Shown: positions 43,335 through 57,420 of the stretch, piece by piece
Layout: every line of letters begins with the position of its first letter
Numbering within the stretch: position 1 is the first letter of the stretch
Assembly (NCBI GenBank): GCA_951406725.2
Contig: OX597837.1
Coordinates: 6,882,001-6,946,000, forward strand
Direction: 5' to 3'
DNA length: 64,000 nt
Source: Octopus vulgaris
Lineage: Eukaryota
Position numbers and translations under genes: made by a program
Notes under the pieces: model-generated
Told to the model about the DNA's origin: nothing
Seen by the model: only the letters and a program-made list of their open reading frames with translations
Databases searched by the model: none

Positions 43335-44300
43335 CCCCTAACACGAACCCACAACAAACACACTTACACCTGTACACACCCTACACACACTTTTACCCAT
43401 ATATTAACACCATGACACACGCAAATATATGGTTCCACACATACACATAATTTGATACGGGTGCAAAACATCCAACACTATTTTTTGGAAATGACTGTAA
43501 ATATTGACTTCACACAAACACGTTGCTTCCCGATACAGGCACAAGGCCAGCAGAACTATAAATATTGAAAATTGTACCCACACACGCACACATATATACA
43601 CGCGCGCGCGCCCCAACATACATATAAACACACACACACGCGCACACATACATACATATAGCTCTTCCTGTCCTAAACGAACTTACTTTTCCAGCTCAAA
43701 TTCAGTCAAGCGGAAAATACACTCCTTAACTACGTGCTAAAAAGCTATTCAAAATATCCACATGACTTCTACTGACCAGCCTGAACAATAAGAATTTTCA
43801 ACAACGCTATTTTCGAAAACTCCATACACCACCCACATCAACATTCATTCTAAACATTCACGTGACCTCTCTATTATGACCACATTCACGTGACCTCTTT
43901 ATTATGACCAATAAGAAATTTTAGGCGCGATACCAGTCAAATTTTAACATCTCTGGAGCCTATTTTCTTACCCCAACACCAACTTCCATTCAAACATTCA
44001 CGTGACCCCTTTGTAATGACCAATCAAATTTGTATTGACCATTGTCCACAAGAAATTTTAGGCGCGAAACCAAGCAAATCTTAAACAACTCTGGAGCCTC
44101 TTTTTTCACATACAAGAGACAGAAAACCCAACATAAAGTCAGATAAGAGAAAAAAAATCAATCAGAAAGGAACTCCATCTCACTCAAAATATCTTTTGAT
44201 AAGCATAACAAATGCACAATCGGTAAAAAGAACTTTCACCTAATTAAATACACTCTCCCTTACTTAAATTATTTTGTCAGCATTTTCTTCATTTCCTTTT
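43335..44300 (+). repeat. Inverted pseudo-LTR copy at the element 5' end; E-box/CCAAT/E2F-like modules at 43857-44070; hammerhead-like motif at 44191-44232
   Basis: Reverse complement of 39667-40594 with substitutions and a ~37-bp extra unit (43886-43922). Confidence 0.9.
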
Positions 44301-44347
44301 TTTATATATCACAACTCGTGTTCCACATCTCCTTTTTTAAATATATA

Positions 44348-44431
<84 letters not shown>

Positions 44432-44454
44432 AGTAAGTATATGTGACTGTATTC

Positions 44455-44652
44455 ATCCCCCCACTATCGCTTGAGAACTGATGTTGTATTTATGTCAACG
44501 TAACTTAGCGTTTCGGCAAAAGAGACGGATAGAATAAGTACTAAGCTTACAAAGTATATATCCTGGGGTCGATTTGTTCGACTATATGCGGTGCTCCAGC
44601 ATTGCTACAATCAAATGACTGACACAAGTAGAAGAATAAAAGAATAAAAGAA
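44455..44652 (+). mobile_element. SINE family A, 3' half
   Basis: Family A body and tail. Confidence 0.8.
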
Positions 44653-44654
44653 TG

Positions 44655-44713
<59 letters not shown>

Positions 44714-45324
44714 AAGATGGTTTCTCCCGTCGAAGACGACGTAGAAGCGTTTGACATTTGCCGAACGACCTGCACAAATGATTTGTTTATAGCGATCAAA
44801 TGCTCCTGTTGCACGTTAAGCTGACTCTCCACATTAAAGTGACGTTGTCTGAACAGGTATCACTGTGTGCCATGCGTCAGGTGTCAAAATGATCGCTGAG
44901 GAGCCTGAGATAAAGTGTTTTGCTCAAGAACACAACGCACTAAGAATTGAAATTGCGTTCACCAATATCAACCTATACGATGATGACAGACAGAAAATGG
45001 GATTCGCGAGACTTTATATTCACAACGATCGTTTCGACAACGATTTTTTTTTTTTTCGATTCATCATCAACTCAACCCGTGCCGTACACAATGAATCGGA
45101 ATGATCGTCGAGATTCCGAATAAAGACTCGTGAATTGCATTTTTGTCTCGCATCTTTTCACATAAATTTTATGGACACAAAGAGATTCCTGAAGTAAATC
45201 CAATAGCATATACCTCCATACTGTTGCTGACACCAAACAGCCGAATATATATGTAATTATGCAATTATATAATTATATATATATATTTAATTATATAACT
45301 ATATATATATATATATATAAAACC

Positions 45325-45368
<44 letters not shown>

Positions 45369-45593
45369 GGAGAAAAAGAAAAATGGAGATTAGGAAGTTA
45401 ATAATTGTAAAGAGGATTAATTTGGTGTTAATAATAAGCAGTTATTAACTTCTCGATCTCCATTTTCTATCTCTTCTATATGACTAAAAAGTATATGGCT
45501 TTATATACATATATATTATTATAAAGAAATTAATTAATTCCCTGAAAATATTGAACCAGTATTTCCTTTGAAGAAACCATCCCTTCATGAGGT

Positions 45594-45643
<50 letters not shown>

Positions 45644-45689
45644 GCATAGATATATGTGACATTCATAGAAACTACTGTAGTACAGTATC

Positions 45690-45855
45690 AAGGATTTGTG
45701 GGTATGTTGTAAGAAACTTGCTTCTCAACCATATAATTCCAGGTTCACTCCCACTGTATGGCACCTTCGGCAAGTGTCTTCTGCTATAGCCACAGGCCGA
45801 CCAAAGTCTTGTGAGTGGATGTGGTAGACGGAAACTGAAAGAAGCCCGTCGTATA
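45690..45855 (+). mobile_element. SINE family A, 5' half
   Basis: tRNA-like head through ggaaactgaaagaagcccgtcg. Confidence 0.82.
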
Positions 45856-45867
45856 TGTATACATATG

Positions 45868-45929
<62 letters not shown>

Positions 45930-46253
45930 CAGAGAGAAAGATAGTCGTTGCATAGCTTTCGAGCAATTCAGAATTTTCTAGTCTTCTCGCGGCTCACCGA
46001 ATCGAACGCGAAGCGCAGCAAACTGTTTTCAGCAACAGGCCGAAGTACCATCAGCTTAAAAATAAATATCTATATACTGTAATATTTATTAACTACTTTT
46101 CCTCTTAAGGCCTTACACTGTAGGCGTGTATACATTCATGTGTACATAAATACACATTTACGAATGTATATATATATGTATATGTGTGTGCGTGTATTTA
46201 TTCATTTATACATATACATAAATAGGTGTGCATTTATGTATATGTATATACAA

Positions 46254-46301
<48 letters not shown>

Positions 46302-46577
46302 CTACATACATACATGCATATATATAAGCATGTGTTTCTAGGAGCATATGTATGTATATATAGATATATATTTATATACATATATGTATGTACATGTATA
46401 TGTATATGTGTACATGTTATAAACTATATATGCATACATATATATAGATACACATATATACACACACATGTATATATATACATCTATTTACATATTTACA
46501 TATATATAGATAGATATACATATATACATACATATAAACATATACATATATATATAAGCATATGTGAACACACATAG

Positions 46578-46671
<94 letters not shown>

Positions 46672-47180
46672 TACATACCGAATGTTTTGTATTAAGTATT
46701 ATCTGGGCGGTTTTATGGTTGTAGATTATTTCACACATCGATTGATGCTGCTTTAATAAACTATATCACACTTTACTGTGTGTTTAATTTGTTTTACTTC
46801 TTGAACTACTCAACACCTTTATGGCTTACCTGTTTTACTGTTCTTCGCTGATTGTCGTTATACGAGAATGATGGCGGCATGTAATCGCAAACCGCTAGCA
46901 GAATTATATTTCAATTATGTGCTCTTTAAATGTCCTTGGCGGCGAAAGCCTATGTCTGCATTGTTAAAGAGTTCACTAAGCAATTGTATGATACTGGATG
47001 ATGTTGTATGATTTCTGGTTCGATGAATGTCATATACACACATACATACATTCATTCATGTATGCGTGTGCGTGTGTATGTGTGAATGTATGTATATATA
47101 TGTGTGTATACTTATATATATACATACATATATATATAGAAATATTTATATGAATATGCATACATACACAAAACATATAT

Positions 47181-47227
<47 letters not shown>

Positions 47228-47228
47228 T

Positions 47229-47345
47229 ATATATAATATTATATGAATGTATATGTATGTTTGTGTACATATGTGTATATATATATATAATATTATATGG
47301 ATGTATATGTATGTATATGGATGTATATGTATGTTTGTGTACATA

Positions 47346-47399
<54 letters not shown>

Positions 47400-47500
47400 C
47401 ATATTATATTATATGGATGTATGTGTATGTTTGTGTACATATATATACATATACATATTATATTATATGGATGTATATGTATGTTTGTGTACATATATAT
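47229..47500. repeat. Higher-order minisatellite, 4 units of ~atattatatggatgtatatgtatgtttgtgtacatat separated by (TA)n
   Basis: Unit seen at ~47235, 47290, 47405 and 47460. Confidence 0.85.
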
Positions 47501-48358
47501 ATATATATATACAGGAGATTGTTTATATTATGGTGAATTGCCATATACATCCGCCATTAATATCCCCAATCGTAAAATAGACCTAGAAACAGTTTGTGAT
47601 ATAAACTAGCTCTTACTTTCAACATATATGCACACATATTCTCAGAATATTATTAAATTTTATTTTATTCTCGTGTGTATCTCAGGGATCATAAAACTTT
47701 TAACGGGAATTCAGTCAAGGTAATCGCATCTTACTGTAAATGTTTTGCAATTTCTCAATTTACAATCTTAATTCCAAATACTTTCTCATTGACAACAATA
47801 TAGATTCTTTTCCTACTCACAATTTGTATTACTCCGCCACCAAAAAATCAAATTCTCCTTTTGCAGTAATTATATTTCGAAAGCTTTAATAGTATACTAA
47901 ATTCCGAACAAATAACAATAGGTACTATGAATTATATTGGACTGACTGACAATTACTTAAAATTTGATTTTTTATGAACATATTCCAACAAACACGATAT
48001 TAAAAATAAATAAATAAATAAATAAATAAACAACTTTTCAGCAATTCTATCAAGCTCAACCTCATCTGTCTCAGTAAGTCTCTTTATTAAACTCTCTGCC
48101 TCTTCTTGCACAGTCTTACACTCTCCATTTCCTATCAGTCTTTTTTCTCTTTTTTCTTCTTTTTATTTTAGAAATAAAATCTGCCTGTGAGTATAAATCT
48201 ACAGAGATTGTTAGTTATTTCCATTTTTTTACTTCCGTCTCAAAATTCTCCTCTGTCTATTTCGTTAGAGTGATATCTGATGGTGAAACCTCATGAGATT
48301 TTGACTGTGATCATTGTGTGTATACTAATAAATCTGACTTTTAATATTCTCTTTACCA

Positions 48359-48560
48359 AAGGTGGTGTTCTGTCAGAATCGTTAGCACTCCGTGAAAAAA
48401 TGCTTGGCGGCATTTCGTCCGTCTTTACACTCTAATTTCAAATTCCGCCGGGGTCGACTTTACCTTTCATCGTTTCTAGGTCGATAAAATAAGAACCAGT
48501 TGACTACTCGATATCTCTCCCGAGATTGCTGGCCTTGTGCCAAAATTGGAAATCAGTATT
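48359..48560 (+). mobile_element. SINE family C (tRNA-like head, Meta-domain-like centre)
   Basis: B-box-like TTCAAATTCC, then gtcgactttacctttcatcgtttc...ggtcgataaaataagaaccag and a ggccttgtgccaaaatt tail. Confidence 0.75.
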
Positions 48561-49495
48561 CTCTTTACCTTTTTGAAATACACCCTCCCAATTTTGTTTT
48601 GTATTTCTTCTGTCTTCTATATAATCCTTTATGCAATCCGTCTTAATTCCATAAACATTTCTATCCTTTAAAGTTTAGATGTATGTATTGGTGTGCATTA
48701 CCAAAAACATCTAGGATTCATTCTCTAGCATTTTACATTGTTCAACCTTCACAAATTAATGTGTGAAAACATTAGTAAATAACATTCTGCAAAACTAGTC
48801 CTTAAACATCGAAAGACTACGGGGGTCCATGAAAATAAAATAGGGGTCAAAGAGATCCATAGATAAAAAATGGTTGAGTATCCCTGCTTTAAACAAACCC
48901 ACCGAGCATGACAATCTCCCGTGTCTTGTCTCTTAATAAATATATCCTGTCACATTTATAGCATTTGTCGTTCTTCATCTCAATGATTCCACAATATGGA
49001 AATACCAAATTCCATCATGATCTTCATCCGAAACATTCTCACTGTACTGACAGCGATATCCAGTTACCTGCAATATTTGCCAAATAACTTTAGGTAAACC
49101 ATAAATAACAAACGGTTAGCTATCTTCGGTTATATCTAGCTTCTAAGTCTCTCGGTTCTACAGAGGACCCAGATAAGAATAATGCCGTTCAATACTTGTG
49201 ATAGGCAATAGGTTTATAAAATAATTCGATTTACTTATTTGGTGGCATGAAGAATGAATAAATTTGATGGTGTGAAAGATGTATGGATATCTAAGACGTA
49301 CGCCAATTACAGCAGCGCATATTGAAGAAGAAAACAGTTTTTAATGCATTATTAAATATGTAATATAAGACCAACTTCCTTCAACGGACAGAGTCCCAGC
49401 CATGTAGGGAATTTATCCACATAGAAACCGGGAAACTGACCCTATTATTCTATGACTCGGAAAGGAACTTTACTTTACTTTTGTAAGCCCAACTT

Positions 49496-50078
49496 AAGGC
49501 TGGCAGAAGCGTTAGCACACCGGGCGAAATGCTTCTGAGTTGAAATTCCGCCGAGGTCGACTTTGCCTTTCATCCTTTCGGGGTCGATTATATAAGTACC
49601 AGTTACGCACTTCGATCTAATCGACTTAATCTTTTTGTCTGTCCTTGTTTGTCCCCTCTGTGTGTAGCTCCTTGTGAGCAGTAAAGAAATAGGCATTTCG
49701 TCTGCCGCTACGTTCTGAGTTCAAATTCCTCCGAGGTTGACTTTGCCTTTCATCCTTCTGAGGTCGATTAAATAAGTACCAGTAACGCACTGGGGTCGAT
49801 ATAATCGATTTAATCCCTTTGTCTGTCCTTGTTTGTCCCCTCTGTGTGTGGCCCCTTGTGGGCAGTAAAGAAATAAGAATAATCAGCACTCCGGATAAAA
49901 TGCTTAGCGGCATTTCGTCCGTTTTTATGTTCTGATTTCAATGAATTCCGCCGTGGTCAACTTGTTTTCGCCCTTTCGGGGTCGATAAAATAAGGACTAG
50001 ATGAGCGCTGAGGTCGATGTAATGGACTTAAGCCCTTCCTCTGAAATTGTTGGCCTTGTGCCAAAATTTGAATCCAAT
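49496..50078 (+). mobile_element. Three head-to-tail SINE family C units (49496-49692, 49693-49877, 49883-50078)
   Basis: Repeated gaggtcgactttgcctttcatcctttcggggtcgat...aagtaccag core; two different 3' tails. Confidence 0.85.
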
Positions 50079-50644
50079 ATGGGCCCAACTTGTATCCAGG
50101 ATGTGTAGAACTGGGGCGATTTGGGAGGAAAGTTTTCTCGGAAGAATTTTCTTTTATATCCCATCAAATACGGTATTTTGATTTACCCAACGGGCTGTCC
50201 CCTTAATATTAATTCGGCTTTCCAACTTTCCTTACTTGCATGTAGAACTAAAGTACGGTCTGTAATTTTAAATATTTTCCACTGTCTTCAAATCCAAAAG
50301 TAGAGGACCAAATCATTTGACTTCTTTCTTTTTTTTTTTTTTTTGTAATCGATCTATGCAGTTGCTAAACCAAATCATCTTCACTTGCAATTTTTTATAA
50401 CGATTTTATCGATTAATAATTGGTCATTTATCTCTCTTGAATTTTCCCAGTATCCTTTCGGTTCATTACGATGTAGTTATTCGTCTTCAAAGTGTGCCTT
50501 GATAGTATCTACGAAGATATTTAACAATCTCCATAGCAGTGCTAATCTCCATAACAATCTCCACAGTAAAGTTAACCAAAGTTATCATCATCATCAGCAG
50601 CAGCAGCAGTAGCAGCATCGTCATCATTATCATATATTATTATT

Positions 50645-50762
50645 AAGGTGGCGAGCTGGCAGAATCTTTAGCGCGCCGGGGAAAATGCTTAGCGACTTTC
50701 GTCCGACCTTACGTTACGATTTCAAATTCCGCTGAGGTCGACTTAGCTTTTTATCCTTTCGG
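50645..50762 (+). mobile_element. SINE family C, 5' part
   Basis: aaggtggcgagctggcagaatc...ttcaaattccgctgaggtcgac. Confidence 0.8.
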
Positions 50763-51023
50763 ACACATTATTTTATACCGTTTATTCCTTTGGAATAAAA
50801 CCAATGTTGTCTTCGAAACATGTCGAAAGCAAAAGAATTTGAATAACATCTGCGTTCAACTCCATTTATTTACTTATACTACACAAATTACTGCACATTA
50901 ACCCGGAGCTTCTACCTTTGAATAGGTTGCTACAGCCTTGTTACTTGCGTGAATTTTGCTACCCTGGTAACTGTTTATTGAATTTTCCGTGTTAACTGTA
51001 AACATAGGAAAATGTATTCATCC

Positions 51024-51123
<100 letters not shown>

Positions 51124-51130
51124 TGCGCAG

Positions 51131-51295
51131 GGCGCAGGAGCGGCTGTGTGGTAAGTAGCTTGTTTACCAACCACATGGTTCCGGGTTCAGTCCCACTGCG
51201 TGGCATCTTGGGCAAGTGTCTTCTGCTATAGCCCCGTGCCGACCAATGCCTTGTGAGTGGATTTGGTAGACGGAAATTGAAAGAAGCCCGTCGTA

Positions 51296-51336
<41 letters not shown>

Positions 51337-51555
51337 ATATGTTTGTGTATCTGTGTTTGTCCCCCTAGCATTGCTTGACAACCGATGCTGGTGTGTTTAC
51401 GTCCCCGTCAATTAGCTGTTCGGCAAAAGAGACCGTTAGAATAAGTACTGGGCTTACAAGGAATAAGTCCCGGGGTCGATTTGCTCGACTAAAGGCGGTG
51501 CTCCAGCCTGGCCGCAGTCAAATGACTGAAACAAGTAAAAGAATAAAAGAGTAAA
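51131..51555 (+). mobile_element. SINE family A, full length (followed by a diverged partial copy at ~51640-51800)
   Basis: Complete head, CORE-like segment, internal microsatellite and tail. Confidence 0.93.
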
Positions 51556-51568
51556 ATATATATACATA

Positions 51569-51604
<36 letters not shown>

Positions 51605-51816
51605 ATGAGTGTGCACGCAAATTTGTGTGTGTCAGTTTTTGTGTTTGACAACCGGTGTTTATTTATTTACCTCACCCTAACTGAACATTTCGGTAAAAGA
51701 AACCCATAGTGTAAGAAGCAGGCTCTAAGAGATAAATAATTGGGTCGATTCGTTCGTTGAAAAACTTCAGCATGGCCGCAGTTCAACAGCTGAAACAAGT
51801 AATAGAAACGATTAAA

Positions 51817-51899
<83 letters not shown>

Positions 51900-52412
51900 A
51901 CTATAATGATGATGACTTCTATTACATTGAAGAGATGATACCAGACGCTGGGTGCATGACAAGGACGAATCATAATTTGTGTGGGGGTGGTTAGATAAAA
52001 GCTGAACGTACGAAAGAAGAAGAAGAAGAAGAAGAAGAAGAAGAACAACAACAACAACAACAACAGCGGGAACGACAATAGCAACAACAATGGCAATGAG
52101 AGCAATAGCAACGTTACATAAGACATAAGTATTCAATATATTGATGCTTCGGAAGACCTATAAAGTTTTAGAGTTAAAAGTTAAAATTTTAAATAAACAT
52201 AGCAAATATTGAAGAAAACTTAAAGAATGCGTCATACGTTTCCATCTTGAAATGAAGAATGGCGTGGAAGAAAAAGAAAAACAAAAGCAAAAGTAAAAAT
52301 ATCAAGCAAACCAAAAAGAAAAATAAAAGAAAGTAATAAAACAAAAAAAAAAACAGAAGAAAACAGACTAAGGTTTATCAGAAAATGTAAACTCTAACAC
52401 CATTAACCATAA

Positions 52413-52478
<66 letters not shown>

Positions 52479-53772
52479 TCGATACCAACACCAAGTATGT
52501 GAACCCATTTCTTTTTAATATGACTATTATTGATAATATTTATTATTGTTGTAGTTGTTGTTGTTGTCGATTTCTTTAACTTGGAATTTGTTTATATAAT
52601 TTTTTTAGCAATAATTTTGATCGATATTGGTGATTGAAATGCTTTTAAAGTAGACTTAGAATCTCTTCTTGTTTTTTTTTGGGGTGGGGGGCAAATTTAT
52701 TACTTTGTTGTTTTGGGGCTTTTTTTTATTTCCAGTTTTGAAAATTTTCGTTTTTATTTTTTTTTTTGGAAAATATATTTTTGTAACGTTTTGTTCTGAA
52801 TATTTTTGTATTTCATTCGTAATTTTTTTTTTACTTTTAATTTCATGTTTTTTTTTTGGGGTTTGTGTTATTTTTTTTAATTATTCCTATGATAAAACTA
52901 AAAAAAAAATTTTAAATGGGGAACAAATAATTTCTAAATAAAACTAAAAGAACAATACATAAATAACAAACAAAAAACAATATGTTTGAAAAGTTTGTCA
53001 AAAAAGAAACGTAAAAGATATTTCAAAAATTAAACAAAAAAAAATGGATCAGTCGTAAATTGATTTAAATTTAGTTTCCAAAACTCTTAGCTGTGATCAT
53101 ATGGTAGTTGTTTTTTGCTTTTTTATTGGTTTGTTCGTTGAATTTTTTTTTTTTTTTTTTTGCATTTCGAGGGTTGGGGTGAATTTTTGAATGTGTGGTG
53201 TTTTGCTGTCAACATTATAATTTTCCTTGTTGTTCTTGGCGTTTAAATTGAGTTTAGAACTTGTCGTTGAAGAAGTGGCTACGTACTTGAATGCGTATAC
53301 TACTGATCATTTTTGCTGTTGTTATATCTAGTATTATTATCAATTGCATTGTGTGTTGTTTTTGTTATCATTATTATTATTATTATCATTGTCATTGTGT
53401 TGTTGTTCTTTATATTGTTGCCTTCCTTCTTGCATTCTCATTAAAGACAATAGTTTTCTTTTTCTCTTTCTTTATTGCTTGGCTTCGTTTTCAGCCTTAG
53501 AGGTATTTCTGTTTGTGTCGCAGTTTGCATATATGTGTGCATGCGTTTGTGCGTGCGAGTGTGTGTGAGTGTGCGTGTATGTTTTGCATGTATATCAATA
53601 TATACAGACATATATATATAAAAATATATATACATATATATATACACATATATATATGTGTGTGTGTGTGTAAATATATATATATGTGCATGTATATATA
53701 TATGCATATATATAAATATATATATATGTATATATATATATTTATCTGTAAATATATACATGTGCAAATATA

Positions 53773-53809
<37 letters not shown>

Positions 53810-53913
53810 GCAGTATCACAGGATATATAATTGCATAGGCATAAATATACATAAATGTTAGACACGTGCACACGACTACACAAATGAATAAATATGTTCA
53901 CATCTGTGTATGA

Positions 53914-53958
<45 letters not shown>

Positions 53959-53982
53959 ATATATGTGTGTTTGTATGTGTGA

Positions 53983-54046
<64 letters not shown>

Positions 54047-55046
54047 GCATATATCCATATATGTATGTATATATATTCCTATAAGTATAATTAAACACAC
54101 GCACACTAACACACACATAGACAAACATATGTGCCTGTGAGTATGTTCTGTATATATTCATACATTTACACATATACACGCAGCGTATATAATTGGATAT
54201 ATATAAATGTATATAATCTTATACCCATTATCAAATGCTCGCACCATAGGATACACAGAAATAACTAAATGTGTGTGTCTGTGGATATATGTATATGTAT
54301 GCAGTGTGTATGTGTGTGTGTGTTTTTTTTTCTGTGTAATTAGCCAGCAATCCTTACTTGATATCAAATAACAAGCTTACTTTATCGAAACAGAACCAAT
54401 ATCACCACAAGAACGTTCGTCAATCCAAAAGACAACAGACTACGTATATCAGAACCAAAATACGAAAGCCAAAAAAAAATAAAAAAAGAATGTGAACATT
54501 TCGTTTTCGAAATGGAATCGCTTTCAATACGTTTCCATTTTATGAAAGAAGAAAGCGCTCTTGGAAATTGGGGAAGGCAGATATATCTAAAGTAATTACG
54601 CTAAATCGCCTGCATTTTTTTTTTTCAATTTAGTTAATTTTTTATGACATTTTTTAATGGTTTTTCTAAACGATTCCGCGATTTAATGAGGTAACAGTTT
54701 GCCATGTTCCAAAGAAAATAAAAAGCAGGTTGATCACAGCCACGAATATCTAGATCACATGTCCCTGCACGCATACACACACACACATATATACATATGC
54801 ATATGTGCTTATGTACACATGCATCTGTATATGTAACTACATGTGTGTGAGTGTGTGAGTGTGTGTGTATATATAGCAAAAGATAGAGAGAGGAAAATGG
54901 AATGTACGAGAGGCTTTATTGTTCACAACGTAAATGGCGACCAATCGTGCATTGATTCCTCGCAGATGGGATATTATGCAACTGCTTGTGGCGCATCCCT
55001 CGGAGTAGAAGATGCTTTTCCAAAGAATATCTCATAAATTGAACCG

Positions 55047-55440
55047 TTTTACTCTTTTACTTGTTTCAGTCATTTGACTGCGGCCATGCTGGAGCACCGC
55101 CTTTTGTCGAGCAAATCGACCCCGGGACTTATTCTTTGTAAGCCCAGTACTTATTTTATCGGCCTCTTTTGCCGAACCGCTAGGTGACGGGGACGTAAAC
55201 ACACCAGCATCGGTTGTCAAGTAATGCTAGGGGGAAAAACACAGACACACAAACACATACACACACATACATATATATATATATATACGACAGGCTTCTT
55301 TAAGTTTCCGTCTACCAAATCCACTCAGAAGGAATTGGTCGGCCCGGGGCTATAGCAGAAGACACTTGCCCAAGATGCCACGCAGTGGGACTGAACCCGG
55401 AACCATGTGGTTGGTTAGCAAGCTACTTACTACACAGCCT
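55047..55440 (-). mobile_element. SINE family A, near full length (plus partial head at ~55555-55660)
   Basis: Family A sequence. Confidence 0.9.
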
Positions 55441-55667
55441 CGTGATTTTTACTAAGTACTAGATACATATTCAGTGCTTAAACAATTACTTAAACACACA
55501 CACATATATGTACATATGTGTGCATGTGTGTGTGCGTATGTGTGTGTGTGTGTGTGTGGTCGGGCCGAGCCTGTAGTAGAAGATACTTGCCCAAGATGCC
55601 ACGCAGTAGGACTGAACCTGGAACGATGTGATCGGGAAGCTAGCTCCTTACAACACAACCACGTCTA

Positions 55668-56054
55668 CACATACATACATACATCTACACACACACACAT
55701 ACATACATACATACATACATACATACATACATACATACATACACACAAGCATACATACATACACACATGCATACATACATACATACATACATACATACAT
55801 ACATACACACACACATACATACATACATACATACATACATACAAACACACATATACATACATACATACATACATACACACATACATACATCTACACACAC
55901 ACACATACATACATACATGCATGCATACATACACACATACACACATGCATACATACATACATACATGCATGCATGCATGCATACATACATACATACATAC
56001 ATACATACATACATACGTACGTACATACATACATACATACATACATACATACAT

Positions 56055-56094
<40 letters not shown>

Positions 56095-56230
56095 ACATAC
56101 ATACATACATACATACATACATACATACATACATGCATGCATACATACACACATACACACATACACACATACATACATACATACATACATACATACATAC
56201 ATACATACATACATACATACATACATACAT
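55668..56230. repeat. ~560-bp (CATA)n/(CA)n array
   Basis: Direct reading; explains the HTYI/MYVC ORFs. Confidence 0.97.
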
Positions 56231-56480
56231 CTTGGCGTATAGGTTCCCCACCTGGACGGGACGCCGGTCCGTCGCAGGTGAGCTGCAAGATGCAGGAGGA
56301 AAGAGTGAGAGAAAGTTGTGGCGAAAGAGTCAGCAGAAGTTCGCCATTACCTTCTGCCAGAGCCGCGTGGAGCTTAGGTTTTTATCGCTCATAAACACAC
56401 ACATCGCCCGGTCTGAGATTCGAATCCGCGATCCCTCTAACGCGAGTCCGCTGCTCTATCCACGAGGCCATGTGCCTCCA
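56231..56480 (-). mobile_element. SINE family B variant with a different 3' segment running into (ATGT)n
   Basis: Head GGAGGCACATGGCCTCGTGG...GGATTCGAATC is homologous to 839 and 16971; the 3' part differs from 16672-16790. Confidence 0.8.
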
Positions 56481-57356
56481 CTTTGTTCTGTTTGAGCAGA
56501 TATCTGTTCAAAGATATTCCCGTGATCGACAAACAATCTTTTATTCAGACATATTGTATTTAGAATACATTAACAAATATGTCGTCAGTGCTTCATAGAT
56601 CCACTGGATGCGAATTCAAAGGAAATAGATTTGGCATATATTTTTAGCAGGTCGAGCAACAACATGGAAGAGAATAACGTGTTTGGCCATCATGGCTTCC
56701 ATTTACCGCTATTTCGTACGCGTCGTTTAACTCATAGTTTTGATATTCGATAATAACTCTTACTGGAATATTTCGTGTGTTGACTTAAACTATCAAACGC
56801 TCCTTGCGCTCTTTTGTCAACACTTATTACATGTTCATGCATGTGTGTGTGCGTGCTCGTACGTGTGTGTGCGTGTGTTTCGGTGTATTTGTGTGTGTGA
56901 CTTTGCATATGTACTTAGATGTACAACACACTCACGGAGACACACACGCAAATAAGTATGTGTGTGAATATATATATATATACACACAAATATATATATA
57001 TATAATATGCAGAAATACACGTACAATTTTTGTATATATATTTATATATATATATATATACACACACACACATATATATTTATATATACACACACACACA
57101 CATATATATATATATGTATATATAGATATAGATATAGATATATATAAATGTTTCGTTTGACTCCTGTATTACAACTTGCATGTACATATATACGTACATG
57201 CATACATACATGCATACATAAATACATACACACACACATACATACATGCACACATACATGCGTGTGTTTATGTTGTGTGCATGTAAATACAAAATGAAAC
57301 TAAAGCTTCACTTTGAAGCCAAATCATATTAAAGGCTATATTATTATCATTATTAC

Positions 57357-57420
<64 letters not shown>

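Larger units (their letters stand above)
39667..44340 (-). mobile_element. Penelope-like retroelement (C-terminal EN+, Neptune-like) with inverted pseudo-LTRs, inserted in (TA)n
   Basis: RT and GIY-YIG ORFs; 39667-40594 is the reverse complement of ~43335-44300; (TA)n on both sides. Confidence 0.93.

Noticed and set aside
39667-44340. DNA transposon with long TIRs, or a selenoprotein-encoding Naiad PLE
   Set aside because: The coding content is RT plus GIY-YIG, not a transposase. The endonuclease is C-terminal (Naiads have it N-terminal) and no in-frame TGA is seen in the RT/EN frames.
46845-46905. Possible hammerhead remnant (ctgattg...gcaaaccgctagcagaa)
   Set aside because: Core and stems cannot be assigned consistently.
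47500-49250. Possible very old L1/Tx1-like ORF2 remnant on the minus strand
   Set aside because: Only faint motif echoes with many stops; it would need a translated profile search to support.
51925-52005. Possible host exon on the minus strand after a (CTT)n pyrimidine tract and CAG
   Set aside because: The acceptor is supplied by a microsatellite, the donor is weak and the peptide is unrecognised; RNA-seq would be needed.
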